Below are positions 47,797-57,282 of a DNA stretch of 64,000 nucleotides, piece after piece. Location of the stretch: contig JBHGNT010000021.1 in assembly GCA_043228905.1 (NCBI GenBank), positions 9,982,001 through 10,046,000 on the forward strand, written 5' to 3'. This stretch comes from Azolla caroliniana. Lineage: Eukaryota; Plantae; Polypodiophyta. The notes under the pieces were generated by a model that saw only the letters and a list, made by a program, of their open reading frames with translations, had not been told where the DNA came from and did not search any database. Position 1 is the first letter of the stretch, and the number at the start of each line of letters is the position of its first letter. The translations under genes were made by a program, and so were the position numbers.

Positions 47797-48622
47797 TGTC
47801 GTGCCTTTCGGCTCCGGATCGTTGCGTGAGTCGGGTGGGAACCACAGAGGTCTTGGACTAGGAGAAAGAAGTTCGTGAGATAGAGATTAATTATGAGTAA
47901 ATAGCAAAGAGAAAGATAAGAAACTCGTGAATCACACGAGTATACTATATTAATTGGTACTTAGGGTGTTAAGAGAGAAGTAGATGTATAAATCGCGAAT
48001 CCCACGAATAAATTTTGTATTGATTAATTCTTAATCCAAATAATCAACAACAACTACAATGTGCTCCCCATCCTTATATAGTGATGGGAGAGACTAAGCA
48101 TAGCTACATGCTTTTTCTCATATGTTCACACACACTAAATGTGCATGTGATGCTTTTTTTTTTATTTCCTAAGTATAGGGCTCATGCACGCTAGACGTGC
48201 ATGAGTTATTTTTAGTGTCTCGTCTTTTTCATATATTAAAAAAATACACGATTTACCTTTTAATAAAGGTATGCATAAATAAAGGTCTTATACGTATTAA
48301 ATCTATATTTAAAACACTTAAGATAAGTTAATGTAATGGTAAGGTTGGGGTTTGTCAACGTGGAGGTGCAGAGTTTGAATCACGCCTTGTGCAGTAGTGA
48401 GTATTTCCTGTCTTTTTTTTACATTTATGTCTCTTTATCCGGCTCTTCCTTGCCGGTATGCCGTTTTCTTCCTTGCCGGTATGCCGTTTTTCCTCCTTGC
48501 CGGTATGCCGTTTTCCTCCTTGCCGGTATGCCGTTTTCTTCCGGTTCTCACCGAGCACTCCATTCTCTATCCGGAGGGACAAAAATATAATTTCCACATA
48601 GTGTGCAACCTACACTACGACA
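47797..48622 (-). repeat. 3' LTR of the Ylt1-like element (4 units of a ~23-bp repeat)
   Basis: TGTCGT...ACGACA termini; direct repeat of 54611-55487. Confidence 0.95.
48329..48420 (+). promoter_or_regulatory. tRNA-like Pol III module with T-run terminator in U3 (second copy about 55143-55234)
   Basis: TAATGTAATGGTAAG ... AGGTGCAGAGTTTGAATC at tRNA spacing, T8 run at 48413-48420. Confidence 0.5.
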
Positions 48623-51600
48623 CTCGCCCCCTCCAAACCCGCACATCCTCCGGTATGTGCCGAAGTTCTTGATTCTTCGTATCCGTCTTCATCCGAAGCT
48701 TCCTCCGATTCTCCCCTTATGTCGACTATGAGTTGTAATCCACTTTCTTCGCTTCCCGCATCATTGTGGTCTTCGTCCGATTGCTCCTCGTTGTCAGCCT
48801 CGACTTGGATCACATAAGGTTTGTCGTCGGTCCGCTTCTTGAAAATCTTTACCCGCTTCCCGGCTATAGGCACTCGTAGTATTGTTCCATCCAACTCGGA
48901 CAGTCGGTACGTCCCGTTGTCGAAGACCTTCCGAACCTCGTACGGCCCGAACCACCTTTTCGCGAATTTCCGCATCGTTGTATGTTGATGGTCCAAGCTA
49001 CTATCATAGACGATCACCCAATCTCCTTCTTCAATCCTCCTCGGTCGTAGTCGGTGCTTTGTGTCGAACCGGCTTTTGTTCTGGAACCGTGCTTCTTGTT
49101 GTCGGCGTGACGCTTCCGCTACATCTTTCGGTCTTCCCTCCAGTTGTCGTATCCGGACCGCTAGTAGTTCTTCCCGGCTCATCTCTTCCTTCCACGGTAG
49201 TATTGTTCCATCCAACTCGGACAGTCGGTACGTCCCGTTGTCGAAGACCTTCCGAACCTCGTACGGCCCGAACCACCTTTTCGCGAATTTCCGCATCGTT
49301 GTATGTTGATGGTCCAAGCTACTATCATAGACGATCACCCAATCTCCTTCTTCAATCCTCCTCGGTCGTAGTCGGTGCTTTGTGTCGAACCGGCTTTTGT
49401 TCTGGAACCGTGCTTCTTGTTGTCGGCGTGACGCTTCCGCTACATCTTTCGGTCTTCCCTCCAGTTGTCGTATCCGGACCGCTAGTAGTTCTTCCCGGCT
49501 CATCTCTTCCTTCCACGGTAGTATTGTCCATGTCGCGATTGCGGTTTCCGTTGGCATTACCGGTGCTTGTCCGGTCATGAGTTCTGCCGGCATATAACCG
49601 GTCACGGAGCTATGCGTCGTCCGATCCGCCCATAGTGCATACGGAAGCATTTGTGGCCAATCCTTCACCCTTCCGTCGCATGCCTTCGCAAGTGCTTTCA
49701 CGATCGGACTATGTCCTCGTTCGATCTTCCCGTTGGCCTCCGGATTGTAGGCCGTTGTCAACGTTAACCGAACTCCATGTTTGGCGAAGAATCCCCTAGC
49801 TTTGTCCGAGTCGAGTTCTCCCCGGTCCGCAATCACTTGTCCTACGCAGCCGTACCTACAAAACACTTCTTCCAAAAGAAATTGGCACACCGCGGCACAC
49901 GTTTTCCTCCGAAGCGCTCGACCTTCAACTTGGTTTGTGAGATCTTCTCGAGCTAACACCAAGTATTTCTTTTGTCCAATCCCGGTCGGCATAGCTACAA
50001 TGTCGACCATCCACTTGAAGTTGATTGTCGGTGAGAATGTCGGATGCAGCTCATCTCGGTGTCGGACCCCGGAGTAGACTTGACATTTCTCGCAGCTTTC
50101 TGTGAACTCCGCGACATCTTTATACATGTTCTTCCACCAATATCTTTGCTTGATTTTCACAAAAGTTGCCCATGTTCCTCGATGTCCAGCCCAATCGGAT
50201 TCGTGGAAATTGGACATTATCCGGTTTCGTTGCTCTTTCGTCCCGACTACTCGAAGTGGTATCCCATCCGGTCTTTTCGGCGTCCTCCAAATTAAACCGT
50301 TTTCCAAGAAGAACTTTTGGACTTGCCTCTTCTTCCTTCGGATCTCGGCTCTCCTTTCTTTATCATTGGTTGAATCCTCGACCTCTTGTAGCATCTTCCC
50401 GATCATCAAGGTTTCCCCCTCGTATTCTTCTTCCCGGAATTCTCGGATCACGTTCACTCGGCATATGTGTTCTGACGTGAAGTAGTCTTCGGAAACTTCT
50501 TCATTATCTGATTCGGTTATGTCGTCTTCAAACCGCGCCCTCGATAACATGTCCGCTACCGCGTTGTCCTTCCCCGAGATGTGTCGAACCTCCGGATTAA
50601 GTGACTTGACATATGCAATCCACCTTAGCATAGCCACATCCGGTATCGTACAACACCGCATCATCCCGAGTATCGGAAGACAATCCGTCTCGATCACCAC
50701 TTCAGCTCCGATCAAATAATCCCGATCCGATTTTATCGCCGACACGACTCCCCACAATTCTCTTTTGACTTGTGCATATCCGCGTTGCCTTTCGTTGAGG
50801 ACCTTTGCTCCAAATCGGATCGGATACCGCGAACCATCCGAGTCGGCTTGATTGATGACCCACCCGATACCGGTTGGACTTGTATCAACCGTTACTATGA
50901 TTGGCCGCTCGTAGCTTGGCTTCCTAAGTGATTCCGCCCTCCATAGTGTCTTCTTGAGCTTCCTCATGGCTTTAGTGTGTTCCGGTTTCCACTCGAATTT
51001 CTTACCTTTCCGCAACAAGTGATAGAGCGGGTCCGCTATATGTGCATAGTGCGGAATCCATATGTGATAGAATGCACACGCACCCAGAAACCTTCGGACT
51101 TCCGATGTTGACTCACATACTTCCTTCATAGCTTGAATCGCATCGATCTTTGTTGGTGACGGTCTTCGGCCGTAGGGTCCACATAGATGTCCGACCACCA
51201 ATATTTCTTCTTGCCCGAATGCCGATTTCTCCCCGGAAAGTGTTAGGTGCACATCTTCTAGCTTTCGCAACACTTTCTCGCAATCATGAATATGGTCGAC
51301 CACGAACTTTCGGCATCCCCGATCATCCATAGTCTCATCTTTTTCTTCCACCGCGCATCCTTTCATCGGAATGTCATCTAGAAACGGCATCGTTATCTCC
51401 GGAATGCAATCTCGAAGCACCTTGTTCATCGCGTTCATCATATGTGCAACCGAGTTTGTCGCTCCTTGTGGTAGTGTGCACATTCGAACTAGTCCTATCG
51501 GTGTCCGCATGGTAGTGATGTCTCGGCTCTCCACGGCTAGTTGGAATTGGTCATATCCCGAGTATAGGTCCCCGATGGAGTATATCGCACGTCCGGCAAA

Positions 51601-52398
51601 AGCTTCCGCGAATTCGTCCACTATCGGACCGACTCCCAAGTTCCGGATCGTGACCTTGTTCACCGGTTGCAAGTCTTGGATGAATCGGAGTGACCCATTC
51701 TTCTTCGGAACCGTAAACCATCGATTTGAGTACGGAGCACTTGATGGCTCTAGAATCCCCATCGCCACCTTCTCCTTGAGCAAGTCGATGACTTTCGGAA
51801 TATGCGCCCGTGGCACCGGAATCGGCTTCAGGTTCCACGGTACATGATCAATCGTGAAAATCACCATCGGCTCCACTATCTTTGGATCAATGCATCCGAT
51901 CTCCCTCGATGTGAACGCGAATGCTTTGCCATGTTGCTCCAACATCTCTCGAAACCGTTTTTCTTCTTCTTGTAAGAGGAACCCACCTCCACCGATCCGA
52001 AGTTTCTTCCGGGTCTCATCTGTGAAGGCATGTCCGATATCCACGGACTTCCGAAGTGTCGGATCTCCCGAGACTTCTTTCTTCTTTTGTTCGCTATCGG
52101 CGGGTAGTGGTCCCGCGGCCGGTTTCACCTTCTTCTCCACGGTCTTGTATTTCGTACTTACCATTGCTTCTTCTTTGCGGAGCGCATCCGGCCCCATTTT
52201 CGCAACGATCTCGTACATCTCGACCGATTCCACCGGGACTACCCGGTTCCCTTGGCTTTTATCTTCCGCAAGCTCTTCAAGCCGTTGTAGTGTATTCCCA
52301 TAGAACACTTCCTCGATCACTCCCACGATTTCTTCGTCTTCTTTTATTATTGATGCCGACCGTAACTTATCCTCCACTTGTCGGTATTGTTTCTTCAT
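48610..52398 (-). CDS. pol: Pol (RT-RH-INT) with duplicated GPY/F C-terminal module; -1 frame open to 52542
   Basis: LRFIQDLQPVN, LPQGATNS, FLDD RT; VDTSPTGIG RNase H; HHCC and DDE integrase; 107-aa tandem repeat; stop inside the LTR. Confidence 0.94.
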   Translation of the reverse strand: MKKQYRQVEDKLRSASIIKEDEEIVGVIEEVFYGNTLQRLEELAEDKSQGNRVVPVESVEMYEIVAKMGPDALRKEEAMVSTKYKTVEKKVKPAAGPLPADSEQKKKEVSGDPTLRKSVDIGHAFTDETRKKLRIGGGGFLLQEEEKRFREMLEQHGKAFAFTSREIGCIDPKIVEPMVIFTIDHVPWNLKPIPVPRAHIPKVIDLLKEKVAMGILEPSSAPYSNRWFTVPKKNGSLRFIQDLQPVNKVTIRNLGVGPIVDEFAEAFAGRAIYSIGDLYSGYDQFQLAVESRDITTMRTPIGLVRMCTLPQGATNSVAHMMNAMNKVLRDCIPEITMPFLDDIPMKGCAVEEKDETMDDRGCRKFVVDHIHDCEKVLRKLEDVHLTLSGEKSAFGQEEILVVGHLCGPYGRRPSPTKIDAIQAMKEVCESTSEVRRFLGACAFYHIWIPHYAHIADPLYHLLRKGKKFEWKPEHTKAMRKLKKTLWRAESLRKPSYERPIIVTVDTSPTGIGWVINQADSDGSRYPIRFGAKVLNERQRGYAQVKRELWGVVSAIKSDRDYLIGAEVVIETDCLPILGMMRCCTIPDVAMLRWIAYVKSLNPEVRHISGKDNAVADMLSRARFEDDITESDNEEVSEDYFTSEHICRVNVIREFREEEYEGETLMIGKMLQEVEDSTNDKERRAEIRRKKRQVQKFFLENGLIWRTPKRPDGIPLRVVGTKEQRNRIMSNFHESDWAGHRGTWATFVKIKQRYWWKNMYKDVAEFTESCEKCQVYSGVRHRDELHPTFSPTINFKWMVDIVAMPTGIGQKKYLVLAREDLTNQVEGRALRRKTCAAVCQFLLEEVFCRYGCVGQVIADRGELDSDKARGFFAKHGVRLTLTTAYNPEANGKIERGHSPIVKALAKACDGRVKDWPQMLPYALWADRTTHSSVTGYMPAELMTGQAPVMPTETAIATWTILPWKEEMSREELLAVRIRQLEGRPKDVAEASRRQQEARFQNKSRFDTKHRLRPRRIEEGDWVIVYDSSLDHQHTTMRKFAKRWFGPYEVRKVFDNGTYRLSELDGTILPWKEEMSREELLAVRIRQLEGRPKDVAEASRRQQEARFQNKSRFDTKHRLRPRRIEEGDWVIVYDSSLDHQHTTMRKFAKRWFGPYEVRKVFDNGTYRLSELDGTILRVPIAGKRVKIFKKRTDDKPYVIQVEADNEEQSDEDHNDAGSEESGLQLIVDIRGESEEASDEDGYEESRTSAHTGGCAGLEGASVVV

Positions 52399-52532
52399 TC
52401 CTCCGGTTACGGCCGTGTACGTAGATGCCCCATCCGGCCCGATTCGTACTTGTTTTGCTCCGAGAGTTTTCTTCCTGTGTGGGGTATCAGGGCTTCTCGG
52501 ACTATCACTTCCCCACTCCGCAACAGTCCGCT

Positions 52533-54572
52533 TTAAAAATCCATTCTCACTTGGGACAAGAGTTCCCTCTTGTTCCTTTCGTGATTTGCCGGCACCGTTA
52601 GGAATTGGACGGATTTCCCTCCGTTTTGGCTCCGAATTCGCGCAAAAGCCGCACCACTATCGAGCACCTTCGTCTCCATCCGTGAAGCCGTGATAAAGGG
52701 TTGGCCAAGGATGACAGAATGTGAAACCTCATCCTGCACAAAGAAATTTTGGTCAATTTCGACATCCCCGATCTTTACCGTCACATCCGGACAAGCCGCA
52801 AATAGGTCTTCTGTCGTTTTCGTGGCTGCCCGAATCTTCCATCCATGGTTGGTGTTTATAGGCCACTTCCCCTTTCGGTAGAACTCCTTGGACATCAAGT
52901 TGATCTCCGATCCGTGATCAATCAATGCTAGCACGGGTTCTTTGATGTTGCCGATTCGGACCGGAGTCTCCGTAGTCGCACGTGCCCAGTGTGGCCTTGT
53001 ATAGTGGGAGTTCGGAATTTCGCCTTCCACTTCGGTGTCGTTCATTGAAACGGTATTTGCATTCACCCTTGGAGCATTTTCCTCCGTACTTTGTCTCTTC
53101 CTTTTCACAAGATCCACGAGAAGATCGTGAAACTCCTTCTTCGCTATTCCGAGTAGTTCCCGCAGCGAAAAATCGACCCGGCTATCCAAGATTCTTTCCT
53201 CGAACACTCTTTTCAAGTCGGTTTGTTGTTCTATGTCCGAGGCGAGCTTGAATGCCGGAGTCGCCTTTTCTTTTCCCTTACCTCCGGAGTTCCAGCTTTC
53301 CGGTATCTTCGATGGTCCGGCCGCATCCTCCGTGCGCCGTCGTTTCTCGTCCACATACACCTCATGTAATTGACACAGGGCGTATATGCTATTCTTGTCG
53401 ACAGGGCACTCCCATCCCGTAGCTTCCCGGACGCCTTCCGCGGTGTTTCGGATATCGTTGGAGTCGGTTTTCTCGGTGTTTCCTAGCACCTCCGGCCAGA
53501 ATGACGCTTTCGCTCCCGATGACTCCCCGACACATATTCCCGCGGTCATCGCATAGTTGCTTCTTGCCGCTAACTCCTCCTCGAGCACCTTCTTCATGCC
53601 GCCTTTCCGGAAGTTCGGTCGGAGTGGCTTCCGAGAGTCCATCGAATGAATCCGGTTTCCCTCGTAGTAGATGAGATCCCGTCGTAGCGCCTCCTTATGG
53701 TCGTCGCAATCCCTCCGATCGTGTTCGGCGCTATCGCACCATATGCACCGTCGATCCGTATATTTGGAGCTTGTGGGGCGGTCATCCGACTTCTTCACCA
53801 TCGCGATCTTTAGATTCTCCATCTCCTTCAGCAGCTGCTCCACCGTAGACGCGTCGACTCCCTTCTCGGCCGTAATCTCCCGAGCCCTCGGTTGATGGTC
53901 TTCCAGTCCCGTACTCGGTTTCGGAATCGGTTCCGAAACCCTCTTTTCTTCGTTGGCAAGCCATTGCCCCCTCTTCGTGTACCGCGCGACGATATCCCGC
54001 ACGCTTTCCCATGTTTCGGTGAGGCCGCTTTCGGTGGTCGTGTCCTCAAGAAGCACTCCGAGATCTTTCCGGTCCTGGACGTCCACAGCTCGCAAAAACA
54101 TGATGACTTTGTCCGGTGCAAGAATAGTTTGATCTCTCGCGGACAACCTCCCGAACCGACTTTCGAACGTCGAAAACACTTCGAGGACCTTCAGCCCCTT
54201 ACCTGACGTTTCCACCCAATCCTCGAATCCCCTCCGCGTTGCCTTGGAGGAGTCCTCGATGGCAAACGTGGTCTTTAACGCCTCTTCGAATGCTTCCCAC
54301 GTCGGATTTTGTTGTTGCAACCCGTGGATACTCCCTTGAAGCCCGTCGGTCGCCACCCGGTTAAAGGATGTCACTTGCAGTCCTTCCGAAGCCCGGCACC
54401 GGAGCATCTCCGCCTTGTAGTCCTGCAAATATCGCGACACATCCTTACCATTAAATTGCCCATTGTGTTGCACGAGCCGCTCTACTGATGCCGAAATCTC
54501 CGACATCGTGCGTTGTTCTTGAAGCATCCGTTCGAACATCGCCATCATATTGTTAGCTTGTTGAGCCTCCAT
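52533..54572 (-). CDS. gag: Gag-protease polyprotein
   Basis: FNGKDVSRYL gag, CIWCDSAEHDRRDC knuckle, ALIDHGSEINLM and ILGQPF protease. First ATG at 54572; the ORF track extends to a GTG at 54659 inside the LTR. Confidence 0.9.
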   Translation of the reverse strand: MEAQQANNMMAMFERMLQEQRTMSEISASVERLVQHNGQFNGKDVSRYLQDYKAEMLRCRASEGLQVTSFNRVATDGLQGSIHGLQQQNPTWEAFEEALKTTFAIEDSSKATRRGFEDWVETSGKGLKVLEVFSTFESRFGRLSARDQTILAPDKVIMFLRAVDVQDRKDLGVLLEDTTTESGLTETWESVRDIVARYTKRGQWLANEEKRVSEPIPKPSTGLEDHQPRAREITAEKGVDASTVEQLLKEMENLKIAMVKKSDDRPTSSKYTDRRCIWCDSAEHDRRDCDDHKEALRRDLIYYEGNRIHSMDSRKPLRPNFRKGGMKKVLEEELAARSNYAMTAGICVGESSGAKASFWPEVLGNTEKTDSNDIRNTAEGVREATGWECPVDKNSIYALCQLHEVYVDEKRRRTEDAAGPSKIPESWNSGGKGKEKATPAFKLASDIEQQTDLKRVFEERILDSRVDFSLRELLGIAKKEFHDLLVDLVKRKRQSTEENAPRVNANTVSMNDTEVEGEIPNSHYTRPHWARATTETPVRIGNIKEPVLALIDHGSEINLMSKEFYRKGKWPINTNHGWKIRAATKTTEDLFAACPDVTVKIGDVEIDQNFFVQDEVSHSVILGQPFITASRMETKVLDSGAAFARIRSQNGGKSVQFLTVPANHERNKRELLSQVRMDF

Positions 54573-54590
54573 CTCCTTGCCACCCGTTTT

Positions 54591-54606
54591 CACGTCGGGT
54601 TCACCA
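54591..54606 (-). promoter_or_regulatory. PBS complementary to plant cytosolic tRNA-Trp
   Basis: TGGTGAACCCGACGTG matches the recalled 3' end CACGTCGGGTTCACCA of plant tRNA-Trp; 4 nt from the LTR. Confidence 0.8.
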
Positions 54607-54610
54607 ACTG

Positions 54611-55487
54611 TGTCGTGCCTTTCGGCTCCGGATCGTTGCGTGAGTCGGGTGGGAACCACAGAGGTCTTGGACTAGGAGAAAGAAGTTCGTGAGATAGAGA
54701 TTAATTATGAGTAAATAGCAAAGAGAAAGATAAGAAACTCGTGAATCACACGAGTATACTATATTAATTGGTACTTAGGGTGTTAAGAGAGAAGTAGATG
54801 TATAAATCGCGAATCCCACGAATAAATTTTGTATTGATTAATTCTTAATCCAAATAATCAACAACAACTACAATGTGCTCCCCATCCTTATATAGTGATG
54901 GGAGAGACTAAGCATAGCTACATGCTTTTTCTCATATGTTCACACACACTAAATGTGCATGTGATGCTTTTTTTTTTATTTCCTAAGTATAGGGCTCATG
55001 CACGCTAGACGTGCATGAGTTATTTTTAGTGTCTCGTCTTTTTCATATATTAAAAAAATACACGATTTACCTTTTAATAAAGGTATGCATAAATAAAGGT
55101 CTTATACGTATTAAATCTATATTTAAAACACTTAAGATAAGTTAATGTAATGGTAAGGTTGGGGTTTGTCAACGTGGAGGTGCAGAGTTTGAATCACGCC
55201 TTGTGCAGTAGTGAGTATTTCCTGTCTTTTTTTTACATTTATGTCTCTTTATCCGGCTCTTCCTTGCCGGTATGCCGTTTTCTTCCTTGCCGGTATGCCG
55301 TTTTCCTCCTTGCCGGTATGCCGTTTTTCCTCCTTGCCGGTCGGTATGCCGTTTTTCCTCCTTGCCGGTATGCCGTTTTCCTCCTTGCCGGTATGCCGTT
55401 TTCTTCCGGTTCTCACCGAGCACTCCATTCTCTATCCGGAGGGACAAAAATATAATTTCCACATAGTGTGCAACCTACACTACGACA
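54611..55487 (-). repeat. 5' LTR of the Ylt1-like element (6 units of the ~23-bp repeat)
   Basis: Direct repeat of 47797-48622, 51 bp longer. Confidence 0.95.
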
Positions 55488-57282
55488 GCGTTGGGATGGG
55501 AGGATGTTTATCCTCAACACCAATGACATCGGCAACGTTCTGTTCACAAAAGGTCAGAAGGTCGAGTCGGATATCGACCTGTGGCATAAGAGGATTGGCC
55601 ACGTCAACTACTAGAGGCTTCAAGACCTGGAATCGAAACAGGTTGTTTTCGGATGGCCGAAATTTAGTGGCCGGAAGGCCTAAATATGTGAAGCCTGCCA
55701 ACTTGGGAAGCAACATTGGTTTCCATTCCCCACCAAAAGGAACTAGAGTCGTAACAAGCTCGATTTAATACACTCAGATGTATGGGGACCAACACAGAAC
55801 GTTATTCTTGGTGGGAGTCGATATTTCATTTCCTTCATCGACGACTTTAGTAGGCACACATGGATCTACCTAATCGAAAGGAAAAGCGAGGTCTTCGACT
55901 GTTTCTGGAACCTGCAAAGTCTTGTCGAACGGGAAACGGAAAGAAAGATCAAGTGCCTGTGGTCGGATGGCAAAAAAGAGTACTTTGTCGAGCAATTCAA
56001 CAGTTATTTGCACCAAAAGGGGATTCGGAGAGAATTCAGCTATAGATACACACCGGAACAAAATGGTGTTGCCAAGAGAAAAAACAGGTCTATTGTGCAG
56101 GCGGCACGGGCAATGCTTGAGGAGAAGAGCATGTCCAAGTTCTATTGGGCTAAGGCGGTATGGACGGCCGTCTACATCCAAAACCGGATTGGGAATAAGG
56201 TGTTAGCACACGAGCTGTATTTCGAGCGGAAGCCGAATTTACGACATCTGAGGATATTCGGCAGCATAGCCTATGTGCATGTGCCGGATGAGAAACGGAG
56301 AAAGTTGGACCCGAAGTCAGAGAAGTGCATACTAGTCGGCTACTCTCATGAGTAGGAAGTGCTACAACCCCCAAACAAAGACAATCCGACTAAGCCGAGA
56401 TGTCGAGTTTGATGAATCGGCATCCTGGTACTCTCTACCGACTCCGATCCGATTCCTGAAGATGAGTCTAGTGAGCCGGAAACGATCTGGGCAGAAGATG
56501 AAGAAGGATTTGGTACTCTAGATGAGAGTCCGATCTCATTTTGGCTGAGTGGGCCAAATGAAGAGCTGAGTTGGAAAGATCATCAGGATGAAGACCTGGC
56601 GAGTAGTGGAGACTCAACTGTGCTTTCCCCGTGTAAGGAACCAAGGAGACGGTTCACACGCAAAGAGAAAGGGAAGAAGAAGATGTTGGAATACGAGACT
56701 GGCAAAGACGAGTCAGATCATAGTGAATCTGACTCCAGGCAGAACGAAGACGGACCTTTGGAGACAAAGTCTAAGCCAACCAAGAGGGCCTTGAAATCGG
56801 CTAACAAGAAGTTACGCCGGTCAAACTGCCAGAAGAACCCTATCAAACAGTATGGGTATAATGAGTACATGGCGCATCATTATGCGTACATGACGAAAGT
56901 GGCGAAAGTGCGTGAGCTGGAGAGCTACACATAAGCAGCAAAGGACGCACATTGGCGTGCCGCGATGGAGAAAGATATGCGGGCACTCGATGCCAATGAC
57001 ACATGGGACCTGGTTGAACCTCCCCGACATTGCAAACCGATCGGTTGCAAGTAGGTTTACAAGGTAAAGTACAATGTTGACGGTTCAGTCAACCGGTACA
57101 AGGCCCGGTTAGTGACCAAAGGGTATGTGCAGACCCACGGAATCGACTACGACGAAACCTTCACTCCGGTAGCGAAGATGACGACGGTTCGTGTGGTACT
57201 AGCGGTTGTTGCGGGTTGGGGGGGGGGGGGGGACATCTTCATCAAGTGGATGTGAAGAATGCATTTCTTCAAGGTGACCTTG

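Larger units (their letters stand above)
47797..55487 (-). mobile_element. Intact fungal-type (Ylt1-like) Ty3/Gypsy element
   Basis: 4-bp TSD GCGT (47793-47796, 55488-55491), LTRs 47797-48622 and 54611-55487, tRNA-Trp PBS, PPT GGAGGGGGCGAG, intact gag-pro and pol. Confidence 0.95.
45603..57282 (+). mobile_element. Copia element C, 3'-truncated and degenerate
   Basis: LTR 45603-46422, PBS TGGTATCCGAGC 46423-46434, gag from about 46521, WYVDSRA protease, integrase 55700-56400, RT to [14 protein letters not shown]; no matching 3' LTR. Confidence 0.88.

Noticed and set aside
48336-48672. CRYAVF/AGMPF repeat peptides in the Ylt1-like LTRs
   Set aside because: Translations of the 23-bp minisatellite; unit lengths are not consistently multiples of three.
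54573-54659. Gag N-terminal extension starting inside the LTR
   Set aside because: Depends on a GTG start across U5 and the PBS; the first ATG at 54572 is more plausible.
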